A DNA stretch of 64,000 nucleotides from Salibaculum sp. (GCF_035270045.1 NZ_DATFIP010000031.1:11025-75024), one strand, 5' to 3'; counted from the first letter of the stretch, positions 31,368 to 42,288 are shown. Translations and numbers: made by a program. The notes: generated from the sequence alone by a model not told the origin.

Positions 31368-32665
31368 AACGTCTTGTTCTGTCCCTTGCCCTTCTGCTCG
31401 CGCCGCTGACCGCACGGGCCGAGATCAACATACAGCAGGTCAAGTCTCCCGGCGGCATCGATGCCTGGCTGGTCGAGGAAGCTGCCATTCCATTCGTTGC
31501 GTTGGAAATCGTCATCGACGGGGGCGCCTCCTTGGACGAACCCGGCAAGCGCGGCGCGACCAACCTGATGATGGGCCTGTTGGAGGAAGGTGCGGGCGAA
31601 ATGGATGCACGTGCGTTCCAGACTGCTCGCGAAGGCCTGGCGGCCAGCTATGGCTTCAGGGCCCGCGACGACAGGGTCGTTATCACGGCCCGCTTCTTGA
31701 CCGAGAACCGGGACGAGGCCGTCGACCTGCTGCGCCTCGCGTTGACCGAGCCTCGATTCGACCAGAACGCGCTTGACCGGGTGCGCGCGCAGGTGCTGTC
31801 GGGCATCCGCAGCGATGCCACCGACCCCAACAGCATCGCCGGGCGCACCTTCGACCGGGAAGCCTTCGGAGACCATCCTTACGGATCGCCCATCAACGGC
31901 ACCGCCGAGAGTGTGAACAGCCTGACCCGCGACGATATCGTGACGGCGCATCAAAACGCCCTGGTGCGTTCGCGCGTGCATGTTGGCGCGGCGGGGGACA
32001 TCACGCCCGGGGAACTCGGCCGATTGCTCGATGAGCTGCTGGGCGATTTGCCGGCCGAAGGACCAGCCCGGCCGGGCCCGGCCGGGTTCGCGCTGGACGG
32101 TGGCACAACGGTCGTGGATTTCGAGACCCCGCAGTCAGTGGCCCTCTTCGGGCACGAGGGGCTGCCGCGCGATGATGAGGATTTCTTCGCAGCCTATATC
32201 CTCAACGAGATTCTCGGAGGGCGGGGCGTGCAAAGCCGCCTGATGGAAGAGGTGCGCGAAAAGCGCGGCCTGACCTATGGCGTTTCCACCTACCTTGTGC
32301 CCAAGGACCATGCGGCGCTCTACCTGGGCAACCTCGCTTCGGCCAACGACCGGATCGCCGAAGCCATCGCCGTGATCCGGGACGAGTGGGCGCGCATGGC
32401 CGACGAAGGCGTGAGTGCCACTGTATTGGCCGATGCCAAGACCTACCTCACAGGGGCCTACCCGCTTCGCTTCGACGGCAATGCCGAGATTGCGGGCATC
32501 CTTGCCGGCATGCAGGCCACCGGTCTGCCCTCTGACTATGTCGAGAACCGCAACGGCTATATCGAGGCGGTGACACTGGAGGAGGTCAACCGCGTGGCCC
32601 ATGAATTGCTGGACCCGGAGGCGCTGCATTTCGTGGTGGTCGGGCAGCCCGACGGCCTGGAGTAG
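31364..32665 (+). CDS. M16 family peptidase, non-catalytic partner subunit
   Basis: M16 fold motifs (SRLMEEVREKRGLTYG) but no HxxEH; coupled to the upstream gene. Confidence 0.92.
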   Translation: MKRLVLSLALLLAPLTARAEINIQQVKSPGGIDAWLVEEAAIPFVALEIVIDGGASLDEPGKRGATNLMMGLLEEGAGEMDARAFQTAREGLAASYGFRARDDRVVITARFLTENRDEAVDLLRLALTEPRFDQNALDRVRAQVLSGIRSDATDPNSIAGRTFDREAFGDHPYGSPINGTAESVNSLTRDDIVTAHQNALVRSRVHVGAAGDITPGELGRLLDELLGDLPAEGPARPGPAGFALDGGTTVVDFETPQSVALFGHEGLPRDDEDFFAAYILNEILGGRGVQSRLMEEVREKRGLTYGVSTYLVPKDHAALYLGNLASANDRIAEAIAVIRDEWARMADEGVSATVLADAKTYLTGAYPLRFDGNAEIAGILAGMQATGLPSDYVENRNGYIEAVTLEEVNRVAHELLDPEALHFVVVGQPDGLE

Positions 32666-32728
32666 ACCACCCCGTTCCGGGCGATTTGCCCTGTCAGAAT
32701 CGGCGCCCACCATGCTATCTCTTGCGGT

Positions 32729-34564
32729 ATGGCCGTATTGGACCGCAATATGAGCGACGATCATCCCGTGATCCGTCAACTTGACGAGGCCGCGATCAAT
32801 CGGATCGCGGCGGGCGAAGTCGTGGAACGGCCCGCCTCGGCGGTCAAGGAGCTGGTCGAGAACGCGCTGGATGCGCAGGCCAGCCGGGTCGAGATCGAGA
32901 TTGCCGATGGGGGCAAGACCCTGATCCGCGTCAGCGACGACGGCACCGGTATGTCCGAAACCGATCTGCCGCTGGCCCTGGCCCGGCACGCGACCTCCAA
33001 GATCGACGGTGCGGACCTTTTGAACATCCACTCCTTCGGATTCCGGGGCGAGGCCCTGCCCTCGCTGGGGGCTGTGGGCCGGCTGACGATCCGCAGCCGC
33101 GCGGCCGGCCAAACGGGGGCCGAGCTTTCAGTGACAGGCGGTGTGGCCGAACAGCTCCGCCCTGCGGCGCTGACTGGTGGCACGGTCGTCGAGCTGCGCG
33201 ATCTGTTCTTCGCCACGCCCGCGCGGCTGAAATTCCTTCGCACCGACCGGGCAGAGATGCAGGCGATAACGGACGTGGTCAAACGGCTGGCCATGGCCGA
33301 ATCGCATGTCAGTTTCGTCCTGCGCGACGTCTCGGGCGGCAAGGGTCGCGTCACCTTCCGGGCCGATGCACAGACGGGCGATCTTTTCGGGGCGCTCAAG
33401 GGCCGTCTGCGCCAGGTGCTGGGCAAGGATTTCACCGAGAACGCGATCCCGATCGAGGCCGAGCGCGACGGCGTTCTACTGACCGGTTTCGCCGCCCTGC
33501 CGACCTACTCGCGCGGCTCTGCGGTGCAGCAGTTCCTGTTCGTCAACGGCCGCCCGGTGCGTGACAAGCTTCTGATCGGGGCGCTTCGGGCCGCCTACAT
33601 GGACACGCTGTCGCGCGACCGGCACCCGGCGGCGTGTTTGTTCATAGAAGTTGACCCGACCCGTGTGGACGTGAATGTGCATCCGGCAAAATCCGAGGTG
33701 CGGTTCCGCGACCCGGGCACGGTGCGAGGCCTGATCGTCTCGGCCCTGCGCCATGCCCTGGCCGAGTCCGGGCACCGGTCGTCCTCGACCGTGGCCGGGG
33801 CCACGCTGGGCGCCTTTCGCCCCGAGCCGGGGGCAACGCGCGTTTACCAGATGGATCGCCCTTCGATGGCCGTGCGCTCGGCCAGCTACGAGGCCCAGTC
33901 GCCGGGGTTCGCCGAGATGGCACAGGATTATTCGGCGCGGGTCGAACCAGCGGTCGAACACGACGACGGTCGGCGGCTGGAACAGCATCCCCTTGGGGCC
34001 GCCCGCGCACAGGTGCACGAGAATTACATCGTCGCCCAGACCGAGACCGGCATGGTCCTTGTGGATCAGCACGCCGCCCACGAGCGGCTGGTTTACGAAA
34101 GGCTCAAGCGCCAGATGGCGGACACCGGCGTAGCGGCCCAGGCCTTGCTGATCCCCGAGGTCGTCGAGATGTCCGAGGCCGACGCGCAACTCCTGTTAGG
34201 CCACGCCGGGGCCTTTGGGCGGTTCGGTTTGACGCTGGAACCCTTCGGTGGCGGGGCCGTGGCCGTGCGCGAGACCCCCGCGCTGTTGGGCGAGGTGAAC
34301 TGCAAAGCGCTGCTTCGCGATATCCTCGATGAATTGGCCGACGAGGGCAGCAGCGACCTCGTGCAGTCGAAACTCGAAGCGATCCTGTCGCGGGTCGCCT
34401 GCCATGGCTCGATCCGCTCCGGGCGCCGGATGCAGGCCGATGAGATGAACGCCTTGCTGCGCGAGATGGAAGGAACGCCGCTGTCGGGGCAGTGCAACCA
34501 CGGGCGGCCCACCTATGTGGAACTGAGCTTGGCCGATATCGAAAGGCTCTTCGGGCGCTCATGA
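32729..34564 (+). CDS. mutL: DNA mismatch repair endonuclease MutL
   Basis: [36 protein letters not shown] and CNHGRPT. Confidence 0.99.
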   Translation: MAVLDRNMSDDHPVIRQLDEAAINRIAAGEVVERPASAVKELVENALDAQASRVEIEIADGGKTLIRVSDDGTGMSETDLPLALARHATSKIDGADLLNIHSFGFRGEALPSLGAVGRLTIRSRAAGQTGAELSVTGGVAEQLRPAALTGGTVVELRDLFFATPARLKFLRTDRAEMQAITDVVKRLAMAESHVSFVLRDVSGGKGRVTFRADAQTGDLFGALKGRLRQVLGKDFTENAIPIEAERDGVLLTGFAALPTYSRGSAVQQFLFVNGRPVRDKLLIGALRAAYMDTLSRDRHPAACLFIEVDPTRVDVNVHPAKSEVRFRDPGTVRGLIVSALRHALAESGHRSSSTVAGATLGAFRPEPGATRVYQMDRPSMAVRSASYEAQSPGFAEMAQDYSARVEPAVEHDDGRRLEQHPLGAARAQVHENYIVAQTETGMVLVDQHAAHERLVYERLKRQMADTGVAAQALLIPEVVEMSEADAQLLLGHAGAFGRFGLTLEPFGGGAVAVRETPALLGEVNCKALLRDILDELADEGSSDLVQSKLEAILSRVACHGSIRSGRRMQADEMNALLREMEGTPLSGQCNHGRPTYVELSLADIERLFGRS

Positions 34565-35739
34565 TCCGGATCGGTGAAAACAGCTATGTCCTGAGCGACC
34601 CCGCGGTGATGCTTGCCATCGCGGGCGTCGTGGTCGTGCTGCTGGTGCTCTTGCTGCTTATCGCGGCGGTGCGGCGCACCGGCCAGGCGGCCCGGACCAC
34701 CGCTGACCTCGCCGCCCAGATGGGCGGGGTCAACGCCCGAGTGCAGTGGCTGTCCGATGGCCAGCAACAGCTTTTCGGCGGTCTGAACTCGGTTTCCGAG
34801 ACGCAGGCGGCGCAGCAACAAAAGACGTTGAACCTTATGGAACAACGGCTGGCCGCGGTGACCGAGGCGATGAACCAGAACCTGTCGACCTCCGCCCGAA
34901 ACACCGCGCAATCTCTGGGCGAATTGCAGCAACGCCTTCGGACGATCGACAAGGCGCAGGAAAACATCACCAAGCTGTCGGGCGACGTCCTGTCATTGCA
35001 GGACATCCTGTCGAACAAGCAGACGCGCGGGGCCTTCGGGGAAATCCAGCTGACCGATATCGTTGGCAAGGCGCTGCCCTCGGACAGCTACGCGCTTCAG
35101 GCGACGCTGTCGAACGGCAAGCGCGCCGACTGCCTTGTCCACCTGCCCAACCCGCCGGGGCCCATCGCCATCGACAGCAAGTTCCCGCTGGAGGCCTACG
35201 AGGCGCTGCGCCGTGCGGGCACGGACCGCGAGGTGAACGAGGCCGGCAGGGCCCTGCGCGTCGCGGTGAAGAAACATATAAGGGATATTTCCGAGCGTTA
35301 TATAATCGACGGGGAAACCGCCGACGGTGCGCTCATGTTCCTGCCCTCCGAGGCGGTCTACGCCGAACTGCACGCAAATTTCCCAGAGGTCGTGCGCGAG
35401 GGCTTTGCCGCGCGGGTCTGGATCGTCTCGCCGACTACCTGCATGGCCACGTTGAATACCATGCGCGCGATCCTCAAGGACGCGCGGATGCGTGAACAGG
35501 CGGGGGCGATCCGCAAGACGCTTGGCCAGTTGCATCGCGACGTGGAACTCGTGGTCGAACGGGTGGACAAGCTGAACACACATTTCGGACAGGCCCGCAA
35601 GGACCTGGACGAGATCAACACAGCCGCCGAGCGTGCCGGCAAGCGGGCTGGCCGGCTGCACAATTTCGATTTCGAGGAGATCGCGCCCGAGGATCGTGCG
35701 GCCCCCGATGTCCTGCCCCTGACCCGACCGAAGCCCTGA
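34561..35739 (+). CDS. rmuC: DNA recombination protein RmuC
   Basis: [23 protein letters not shown] and SPTT; N-terminal TM and coiled coil. Confidence 0.95.
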   Translation: MIRIGENSYVLSDPAVMLAIAGVVVVLLVLLLLIAAVRRTGQAARTTADLAAQMGGVNARVQWLSDGQQQLFGGLNSVSETQAAQQQKTLNLMEQRLAAVTEAMNQNLSTSARNTAQSLGELQQRLRTIDKAQENITKLSGDVLSLQDILSNKQTRGAFGEIQLTDIVGKALPSDSYALQATLSNGKRADCLVHLPNPPGPIAIDSKFPLEAYEALRRAGTDREVNEAGRALRVAVKKHIRDISERYIIDGETADGALMFLPSEAVYAELHANFPEVVREGFAARVWIVSPTTCMATLNTMRAILKDARMREQAGAIRKTLGQLHRDVELVVERVDKLNTHFGQARKDLDEINTAAERAGKRAGRLHNFDFEEIAPEDRAAPDVLPLTRPKP

Positions 35740-36181
35740 CCTGGCCCCGATTGCCGCGGCTGACTAGCCTTGGTTCAGATTGACGGCGCAGGAGTCATGA
35801 GATGTGGGGACGACCACTCATTGCGGCCCTGGCCCTGACGACGGGCTGCATGTAGACCGAAGTCGGAAACCCGGAAGACCCCATTTCTGTCGCGCACATG
35901 CTTGCGCCGTGCCAGGAAATACTCGTGTTCTTCCGGTCCGGTGTGGATGAACCGCCGGCATCTGCACAGATCGTGTCCTGCGAGACGGCCAGCGGCCTGT
36001 GTCTGGGCGGCATGGACGCACCTGCACCGATCCGAACCACCGATGCAGTATATGCGATGGCGTAGGACAAAACCGCCGTCACCCTCGCGTCGGATGGCAG
36101 TGGGACATGGGACCCGGCATCGGGTCCGCGGATCGGGATAAATTGGATGGCGCAGGCGCGCTGAGCCGCCCTCGGCGGCTC

Positions 36182-36847
36182 TCAGATACGCAGGAAGGGC
36201 TGCGCCAGCTTCGGCAGCATGCTGTTGAATTTCAGCGGCGCATCGGTGGCGGCCAGACATATGCAATCAATACCGTCTTCGGCAACGGGCTGGTGGTCCA
36301 GATCCTCGTTGGCGACCTCGATGTCGCCCGTGCCGAACCGGTCTGTCTCGTCGCGGAAGGCCCCCTGAAGCACCAGCGTCAATTCGGTGCCTGCATGGCC
36401 ATGATCGGGTACGGCGCACCCCGCCGGGATGTGCAGCAGCCGCACGGATGCATTGGCCGATGTCGGCAGGATCGCCTGCCGCACGCCACCACCGACGCGG
36501 CGCCATTTCACCGCATCAAGGTCGCCGCCGACATAGTCGCGGATGGGCTGCGGCAGCACGCCCGGATCAGCATGGGTCCTCGCTGCGTGGACGTCGGCAT
36601 CAGGCGCGGGAGGCTCCCCGGCAATGGCGGCAAGCGTGCGCGTCAGGCTGTCGGGGTCCATCTTCGCGGTCCCTCCCATCGCGACGACTTCGCCGCCGAC
36701 AGCGTCAAACTCTGTTAGCCGAGCACGGCAGTCGTCGCAGAGCGACACATGCGCGGCCACGACGACGTTGAAGGCCTCGGGCAGGATACCCGCGGAATAG
36801 CCCATCAACAGGGCGTCGGTCAGGTGGTGATTGATCTCGTGCTTCAT
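36182..36847 (-). CDS. chrR: Anti-sigma-E factor ChrR
   Basis: Zinc anti-sigma motif HVSLCDDC; C-terminal cupin PDHGHAG.ELTLVLQGAF.DE and CICLAATD. Confidence 0.96.
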   Translation of the reverse strand: MKHEINHHLTDALLMGYSAGILPEAFNVVVAAHVSLCDDCRARLTEFDAVGGEVVAMGGTAKMDPDSLTRTLAAIAGEPPAPDADVHAARTHADPGVLPQPIRDYVGGDLDAVKWRRVGGGVRQAILPTSANASVRLLHIPAGCAVPDHGHAGTELTLVLQGAFRDETDRFGTGDIEVANEDLDHQPVAEDGIDCICLAATDAPLKFNSMLPKLAQPFLRI

Positions 36848-36857
36848 TGTCTCAACC

Positions 36858-37526
36858 CTACTTCATCTGGCGGCGCAGGCGGTCCAGCGCCAGCCGTATC
36901 CTTGATTTTATGGTCCCCAGCGGCAGGCCGGTCCGCTCGGCGATTTCGCTGTGCGACAGTTCGCCATAATATGCCTTGAGGATGAGGTCCCTCTGCTTGT
37001 CGGGCAGGTCCGCAAGGGCCTTGCCCAGTTTTTGTGTCTCCTGCTGGAGAACCAATACATCGTCCTGTTCCGGCTCGGCCTCCGGACCCCATGGAAGGTC
37101 CTCCGGCTCGGGCCGACGCTCCTTTCGCAGAATGTCGATCTTGCGGTTCCGTGCCACCGTGAAGATCCAGGTCGAAACACTGGCCTTGGCCGGATCGAAC
37201 ATGTGAGCCTTGCGCCAGAGTGTGGTCATGACCTCCTGCGTGCATTCCTCGGCAAGCTCCGGGCTTGCCCCCGATTTCATCAGGAACGCCTTCACCCTTG
37301 GGGCGAAATGCCCGAACAGCTCGGCGAAGGCCGCCTGATCCTGCCGGTCCCGTATCGCCTTCACGTGGGCCACCCAAGCCATGCGGTCCGCCGATGGCGG
37401 CTTTTTCGTTCCTGACTGTGTCACCTCGACCATTGCCCCTCTTGCTCGCATTGCCTGCGCTGCAGCATAAGGGTCTGCGCGCCGGTTCGCATCCGCATTC
37501 GTAAGGGTGCCAGGCTCGGTAAACAT
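36858..37526 (-). CDS. rpoE: ECF RNA polymerase sigma factor RpoE (singlet-oxygen response)
   Basis: ECF regions 2 and 4 (WIFTVARNRKID; LPLGTIKSRIRLAL); directly upstream of chrR. Start could be somewhat downstream. Confidence 0.95.
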   Translation of the reverse strand: MFTEPGTLTNADANRRADPYAAAQAMRARGAMVEVTQSGTKKPPSADRMAWVAHVKAIRDRQDQAAFAELFGHFAPRVKAFLMKSGASPELAEECTQEVMTTLWRKAHMFDPAKASVSTWIFTVARNRKIDILRKERRPEPEDLPWGPEAEPEQDDVLVLQQETQKLGKALADLPDKQRDLILKAYYGELSHSEIAERTGLPLGTIKSRIRLALDRLRRQMK

Positions 37527-37531
37527 GAAAG

Positions 37532-37560
37532 AGTTACGCGCGGGTCAGGCACTCGGATCA
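37532..37560 (-). promoter_or_regulatory. sigmaE-type autoregulatory promoter of rpoE-chrR
   Basis: Minus strand TGATCC-N17-GTAACT, 5 nt before the ATG at 37526. Matches the R. sphaeroides rpoE promoter layout (TGATCC ... GTAAGA). Confidence 0.75.
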
Positions 37561-37591
37561 AAAAGTATTCACCCGGTTTCGCGCGGTTTTT

Positions 37592-37620
37592 CAATCCATG
37601 TCACACGGGTTGCCGTAACA
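37592..37620 (+). promoter_or_regulatory. sigmaE-like promoter of the divergent ufa-type operon
   Basis: CAATCC-N17-GTAACA, about 30 nt before ATG 37650. Confidence 0.6.
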
Positions 37621-37649
37621 CCCCTGACCAACAAACGGATGGAGACCAG

Positions 37650-38945
37650 ATGCCCACTCAGCCAGGCGCGAGCCGACAGTCGAGGATTGCCGTGATCGGT
37701 GCCGGGATATCCGGCATGGGAGCCGCGCACGAGTTGGCCCGTGACCACCAAGTGGTTCTTTTCGAGGCCGAACCGCGTCTGGGTGGCCACGCCCGCACGC
37801 GCATGGCGGGGCCGCGGGGCGACCAGCCGGTGGATACCGGGTTCATCGTCTTCAACTACGCCAACTACCCGCACCTGGCAGCGCTTTTCGACAAGCTTGA
37901 CGTGCCGGTAATCAAGTCCGACATGAGTTTCGGCGCTTCGGTCGACGGCGGCCGTGTCGAATACGGGCTGAAATCGCTTCCGGCACTCTTTGCCCAGCGG
38001 CGCAATGCACTGCGTCCGTCATTTCTGCGAATGTGCCGCGATGTCATGCGCTTCAATGCGCGCGGCCTGGATCTGTCCGGCGATTCGGACCTGACCGTGG
38101 GCGGCCTGCTTGACCGCCTTGGTTCCGGGGCCTGGTTTCGCGATTATTACATCCTGCCACTGTCCGGCGCGATCTGGTCGACACCCAAGGAAAAGATCCT
38201 CGATTTCCCGGCCCATGCCATGATGACCTTTTTCAAGAACCACGCGTTGCTGGGCGTCCACGGCCAGCACCAGTGGTACACGGTCGAGGGCGGCAGCCAA
38301 GAATATGTCAGCCGCCTGGGACATTCCTTGGCTCAACGGGGCGTGGCGCTGCGGCTGGGCTGTCCGGTCGATGCCGTGCGTCGGACGGCCAGCGGCGTCG
38401 AGATCAAGACCGATGGCGCCGAATGGGAAGCCTTCGACGAGGTCATCTTTGCCAGCCACTCCGACCAGTCCTTCCGGATGCTGGCCGACCCGACGTCGGC
38501 CGAGCGGGCCAGCCTGGGCAATTTTCGCTATCAGCCGAACACGGTCCTGCTCCACTCCGACGCTTCCGTCATGCCGCGCCGCCGGGCCGTATGGTCGTCG
38601 TGGAACTATACCGAGGCGGCCGACAAGGGCACCGAGAAGATCGACCTGACCTACTGGATGAACTCGTTGCAAAGCTGGTTGGAAGAGCCGCTTTTCGTGA
38701 CGCTCAATTCCACCCGCCAGATCCGAGAAGACCTGATCTGGGACGAGGTGACGCTGCACCACCCGGTCTATGACCTGTCTGCACTCGAGGCGCAGCGCGG
38801 CTGCGCCCGGATCAACGGCGATAACAACACCTGGTTCTGTGGGGCGTGGATGAAGGATGGTTTTCACGAGGATGGTCTGTCTTCTGCTATGGACGTGGTC
38901 GAGGGTATCCGGGCCAAGGCCACGGCGCGTCTGGCGGCCCAGTGA
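37650..38945 (+). CDS. FAD-dependent oxidoreductase / fatty-acyl desaturase, RSP_1091 (UfaD)-like
   Basis: IGAGISG, GGHART, VDTGFIVFN.ANYP, WSSWNY and GAWM..GFHEDG; divergent from rpoE-chrR. Confidence 0.88.
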   Translation: MPTQPGASRQSRIAVIGAGISGMGAAHELARDHQVVLFEAEPRLGGHARTRMAGPRGDQPVDTGFIVFNYANYPHLAALFDKLDVPVIKSDMSFGASVDGGRVEYGLKSLPALFAQRRNALRPSFLRMCRDVMRFNARGLDLSGDSDLTVGGLLDRLGSGAWFRDYYILPLSGAIWSTPKEKILDFPAHAMMTFFKNHALLGVHGQHQWYTVEGGSQEYVSRLGHSLAQRGVALRLGCPVDAVRRTASGVEIKTDGAEWEAFDEVIFASHSDQSFRMLADPTSAERASLGNFRYQPNTVLLHSDASVMPRRRAVWSSWNYTEAADKGTEKIDLTYWMNSLQSWLEEPLFVTLNSTRQIREDLIWDEVTLHHPVYDLSALEAQRGCARINGDNNTWFCGAWMKDGFHEDGLSSAMDVVEGIRAKATARLAAQ

Positions 38946-39700
38946 CACGGGTCGAGCACATATCCGGAGAGACATGGCATGGTCGCAAGGGGCAGGTGAC
39001 GAATGCCTTTTCCTATTCCATCGACTACGTGTTGGCCGATGCCGAGGACAATGCGCCTTCCCGCCCCGCATTGTTTGCGCGAAACCGGCGCGGTCTTATG
39101 TCCCTGCAGGACCGGGATCATGGTGGCCCGCCCCACAATGGCCGCGGCGCCGCCTGGGTACGCGACGTGCTGCGCGAACACGGTCTGGCCCAGCCCGACC
39201 GGATCGAGCTGCTGGCGCAGCCGCGCGTTCTGGGCCATGTCTTCAATCCGGTCAGCTTCTGGCTTTGCCGCGACAGCGGGAGCGCGCTGACCTGTGTGAT
39301 CGCCGAGGTGAGCAATACCTTCGGCGACCGCCATTCCTACCTGTGCCACCACGCTGACCAGCGCGCAATCCGGCCCGACGACACGCTTGAGGCGCGCAAG
39401 GTCTTTCATGTCTCGCCGTTCCAGGACATCGGCGGTGGGTACCGGTTCAATTTCAAGATCGCCGACGAGCGGATCGCGATCCGTATCGACTTTTCCGATG
39501 GTGAGAACGGGCTCGTGGCCACGCTGGCGGGGCCGCGACGATCGCTGACCAATCGCGCGATATTGCGGTCCCTGTTGCGCCGTCCGCTCGGGTCGCGCCG
39601 GGTTCTGGCGCTGATCCACTGGCAGGCGCTGAAGCTCTGGTGGAAAGGGGCGGGTTATCGCCTGCGCCCCGAGCCGCCCGCCGACGAGGTCAGCCGATGA
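38942..39700 (+). CDS. DUF1365 family protein, RSP_1090 (UfaO)-like
   Basis: PRVLGHVFNPVSFW, AEVSNTFGDRHSY, KVFHVSPF and IHWQALKLWWKG. GTG start overlaps the upstream stop. Confidence 0.9.
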   Translation: MTRVEHISGETWHGRKGQVTNAFSYSIDYVLADAEDNAPSRPALFARNRRGLMSLQDRDHGGPPHNGRGAAWVRDVLREHGLAQPDRIELLAQPRVLGHVFNPVSFWLCRDSGSALTCVIAEVSNTFGDRHSYLCHHADQRAIRPDDTLEARKVFHVSPFQDIGGGYRFNFKIADERIAIRIDFSDGENGLVATLAGPRRSLTNRAILRSLLRRPLGSRRVLALIHWQALKLWWKGAGYRLRPEPPADEVSR

Positions 39701-40932
39701 GGGCCACCGCCCAGCGCCTGCCTGCCTATGCAGGCTTTGCTGCCGTGCTTTCGGGCGCGGGGCTGCCGATCTACATCTACGCGCCGAAATTTTACGCCGA
39801 CAACTACGGGGTCAGCCTGGCGCTGCTGGGCGCGGTGCTGTTCGGATTGCGGCTGTTCGACGTGGTCCAGGACCCGGTGCTGGGCTGGGTCAGCGAACGC
39901 CTGCGCAGGTTGCGGCCGGGCGCAGCGACGCTGGGCGCCGCGCTGCTCGCGCTCTCGATGCTGGGCCTTTTCGCCGTGGCCCCGCCCATCGCGCCGATCT
40001 GGTGGTTCGGGCTGACCATCACCGGACTGTTTACCGCCTTCAGTTTCCTGACAATTACCTTCTACGCGCAAGGCGTGGCCAAGGCCGATGCCCTGACCGG
40101 TGGCCATGTGCAGCTGGCCGCCTGGCGCGAAACCGGCGCGCTGCTGGGCATATGCTTGGCGGCTGTCGCGCCCACGCTTCTGACCGGGCGCGTGATCGCG
40201 CCCTATGCCATCTTCGCGTGGGGGTTTGCCGTTGTTGCGGGGTTTGCGGCGCTGGCCATGCTGCCGGAATGGTCTTCGCGCGGTCATGCAACCCCGCCCG
40301 CGCGCATCGGCACGATACTGCAGGACCGCATCGCGCGCCGCCTTCTGATTCTTGCGCTGGTCAATGCCGCGCCCCTCGCGGTGTCCTCGACGCTGTTCCT
40401 GTTCTTCGTCGAAAGCCGGCTTTCCGCGCCCGGCTGGGAGGGGCCTCTTTTGGTGCTGTTCTTCCTTGCCGCTGCCGCGTCGGCCCCGATCTGGGGCGCG
40501 CTGGCGCGCCGGTTCGGGGCTCGGCCGGTGCTGCTGGCGGCGATGGCGCTGGCGGTCATATCTTTCGGTTTCACCCTGATGCTGGGCGCGGGGGATACCG
40601 TGCCCTTCGCGCTGATCTGCATTGCATCCGGGGCCACCATCGGCGCGGACCTCACGCTGCTGCCGGCCATGTTTGCGCGCCGAATGGCGGCCATCGCGCC
40701 CAATGCGGGGCAAGGGTTCGGCCTGTGGTCACTGGTCAGCAAATTCACATTGGCGCTGGCCGCCGCCGTGCTGCTGCCCCTGCTGGAATGGACCGGTTTT
40801 CGGGCTGGGTCCGAGGCACAGCCCGAGGCGGCCCTGACAATGCTAACGGTGCTTTATGCGCTTGTGCCGTCGCTTCTGAAACTTGTGGCAATCGCGCTTC
40901 TGGCTGCCACGCAACTGGAGGAAAAACCATGA
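39697..40932 (+). CDS. MFS transporter (RSP_1089-like, glycoside-pentoside-hexuronide type)
   Basis: LPIYIYAPKFY, RLFDVVQDP.LG..S and GADLTLLPA; about 12 TM segments. Confidence 0.88.
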   Translation: MRATAQRLPAYAGFAAVLSGAGLPIYIYAPKFYADNYGVSLALLGAVLFGLRLFDVVQDPVLGWVSERLRRLRPGAATLGAALLALSMLGLFAVAPPIAPIWWFGLTITGLFTAFSFLTITFYAQGVAKADALTGGHVQLAAWRETGALLGICLAAVAPTLLTGRVIAPYAIFAWGFAVVAGFAALAMLPEWSSRGHATPPARIGTILQDRIARRLLILALVNAAPLAVSSTLFLFFVESRLSAPGWEGPLLVLFFLAAAASAPIWGALARRFGARPVLLAAMALAVISFGFTLMLGAGDTVPFALICIASGATIGADLTLLPAMFARRMAAIAPNAGQGFGLWSLVSKFTLALAAAVLLPLLEWTGFRAGSEAQPEAALTMLTVLYALVPSLLKLVAIALLAATQLEEKP

Positions 40933-41507
40933 CAGTGACCTACATCCTTCTGGGGATGGCGGTGGTCGTCGCGCTGATCATCCTCAAGACCCGGTATGCG
41001 GATTTCACCGCCCAAAGCCCAGAGGACTATTCCGACGGCCCTGTTTTCAACATCCAGACAGTGTTGAACGGGCCGCTGGCCTGCGAGGGTGTGATCTATG
41101 GCCCCACAGGGCGTGTCGCCTCGCGTTTCGTGGCCCGGTTCGAGGGCAGTTGGGAAGGCAATGTCGGCACCCTGCGGGAAGTTTTCGACTATGACAGCGG
41201 CACTCGCCAGGAACGCCAATGGTCCCTGCGTCTGGGCAATGATGGCCGGATCCTGGCGACGGCGCCCGACGTGATCGGCACAGGCGAGGGGGTGCAGAAC
41301 GGGTCGGCCGTGCGGTTGAAATACCGTATCAAACTGACCGAGGATGCCGGTGGCCACGAATTGGACACTGTGGACTGGATGTACCTTTTGCCAAATGGGA
41401 CGATCATGAATCGCAGCCAGTTCCGAAAATTCGGGATCAAGGTGGCCGAGCTTGTCGCAACCATGCGCCCGATACGCGGCGATGGCGAGATGACACCGGG
41501 CGAGTGA
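40929..41507 (+). CDS. DUF3833 family protein (RSP_1088-like)
   Basis: GTLREVFDYDSG..QER.W, DWMYL and NRSQFRKFGI.VAEL. ATG 40929 overlaps the MFS stop. Confidence 0.85.
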   Translation: MTVTYILLGMAVVVALIILKTRYADFTAQSPEDYSDGPVFNIQTVLNGPLACEGVIYGPTGRVASRFVARFEGSWEGNVGTLREVFDYDSGTRQERQWSLRLGNDGRILATAPDVIGTGEGVQNGSAVRLKYRIKLTEDAGGHELDTVDWMYLLPNGTIMNRSQFRKFGIKVAELVATMRPIRGDGEMTPGE

Positions 41508-41553
41508 TGCCAGATGTAAGAGACGGGCGCAGGTCCGCGCGGAAGGAGTAATC

Positions 41554-42288
41554 GTGAGAGAGTTTGCAGGAAAACGCTACTGGGTGGTCGGCGCCAGCGA
41601 GGGACTGGGCCGGGCCGTGGCCCATCACCTCAGCCGTGCGGGGGCCGAACTGATCCTGTCTGCGCGCTCCGCCGACAGCCTCGAGACCCTGGCCGGTGAG
41701 TTGTCCGGCAAGGCCCATGTGCAGCCCATGGACATCGGCGACGACGCGAGTGTTAGGAAGGCGGGCGAAGCCGTGGGCGAGGTCGACGGGCTGGTCCTGC
41801 TGGCCGGCGTCTACTGGCCCTTTGCCGCGCAGGACTGGAACGCCGAACAGGCCACGGCCATGGCCAACGTCAACTTCACCGGCTTCGTGAGGGTGCTGGG
41901 GCAGGTCGTGCCGGGCATGGTCGAACGGGACGCGGGTCATATCGTCATCACGTCGTCGCTGACCGGGTTCCGTGGGCTGCCTGGGTCTATCGGTTACACG
42001 GCCTCCAAGGCGGGCACGATGAGCCTGGCCGAATGCATGCACGCCGACCTGCGACGCACCGGCGTGGATGTTCAGGTGGTCAATCCCGGCTTCATCCGCA
42101 CCCGGCTGACTGACAAGAACGATTTTCACATGCCTTTCATCATGGACCCCGAGGCGGCCGCGTTGGAGGTCATCGAACACATGCACACCGATGCCTTCAA
42201 GCGCAGCTTTCCGACGGTGTTTTCCTGGGTCTTCCGGTTGTCGCAATTCCTTCCGGACTGGGCCTATTATCGGATCTTCGGGCGCTGA
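41554..42288 (+). CDS. Short-chain dehydrogenase/reductase (RSP_1087-like)
   Basis: GASEGLG, catalytic YTASK and NPGFIRTRLT. Confidence 0.93.
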   Translation: MREFAGKRYWVVGASEGLGRAVAHHLSRAGAELILSARSADSLETLAGELSGKAHVQPMDIGDDASVRKAGEAVGEVDGLVLLAGVYWPFAAQDWNAEQATAMANVNFTGFVRVLGQVVPGMVERDAGHIVITSSLTGFRGLPGSIGYTASKAGTMSLAECMHADLRRTGVDVQVVNPGFIRTRLTDKNDFHMPFIMDPEAAALEVIEHMHTDAFKRSFPTVFSWVFRLSQFLPDWAYYRIFGR

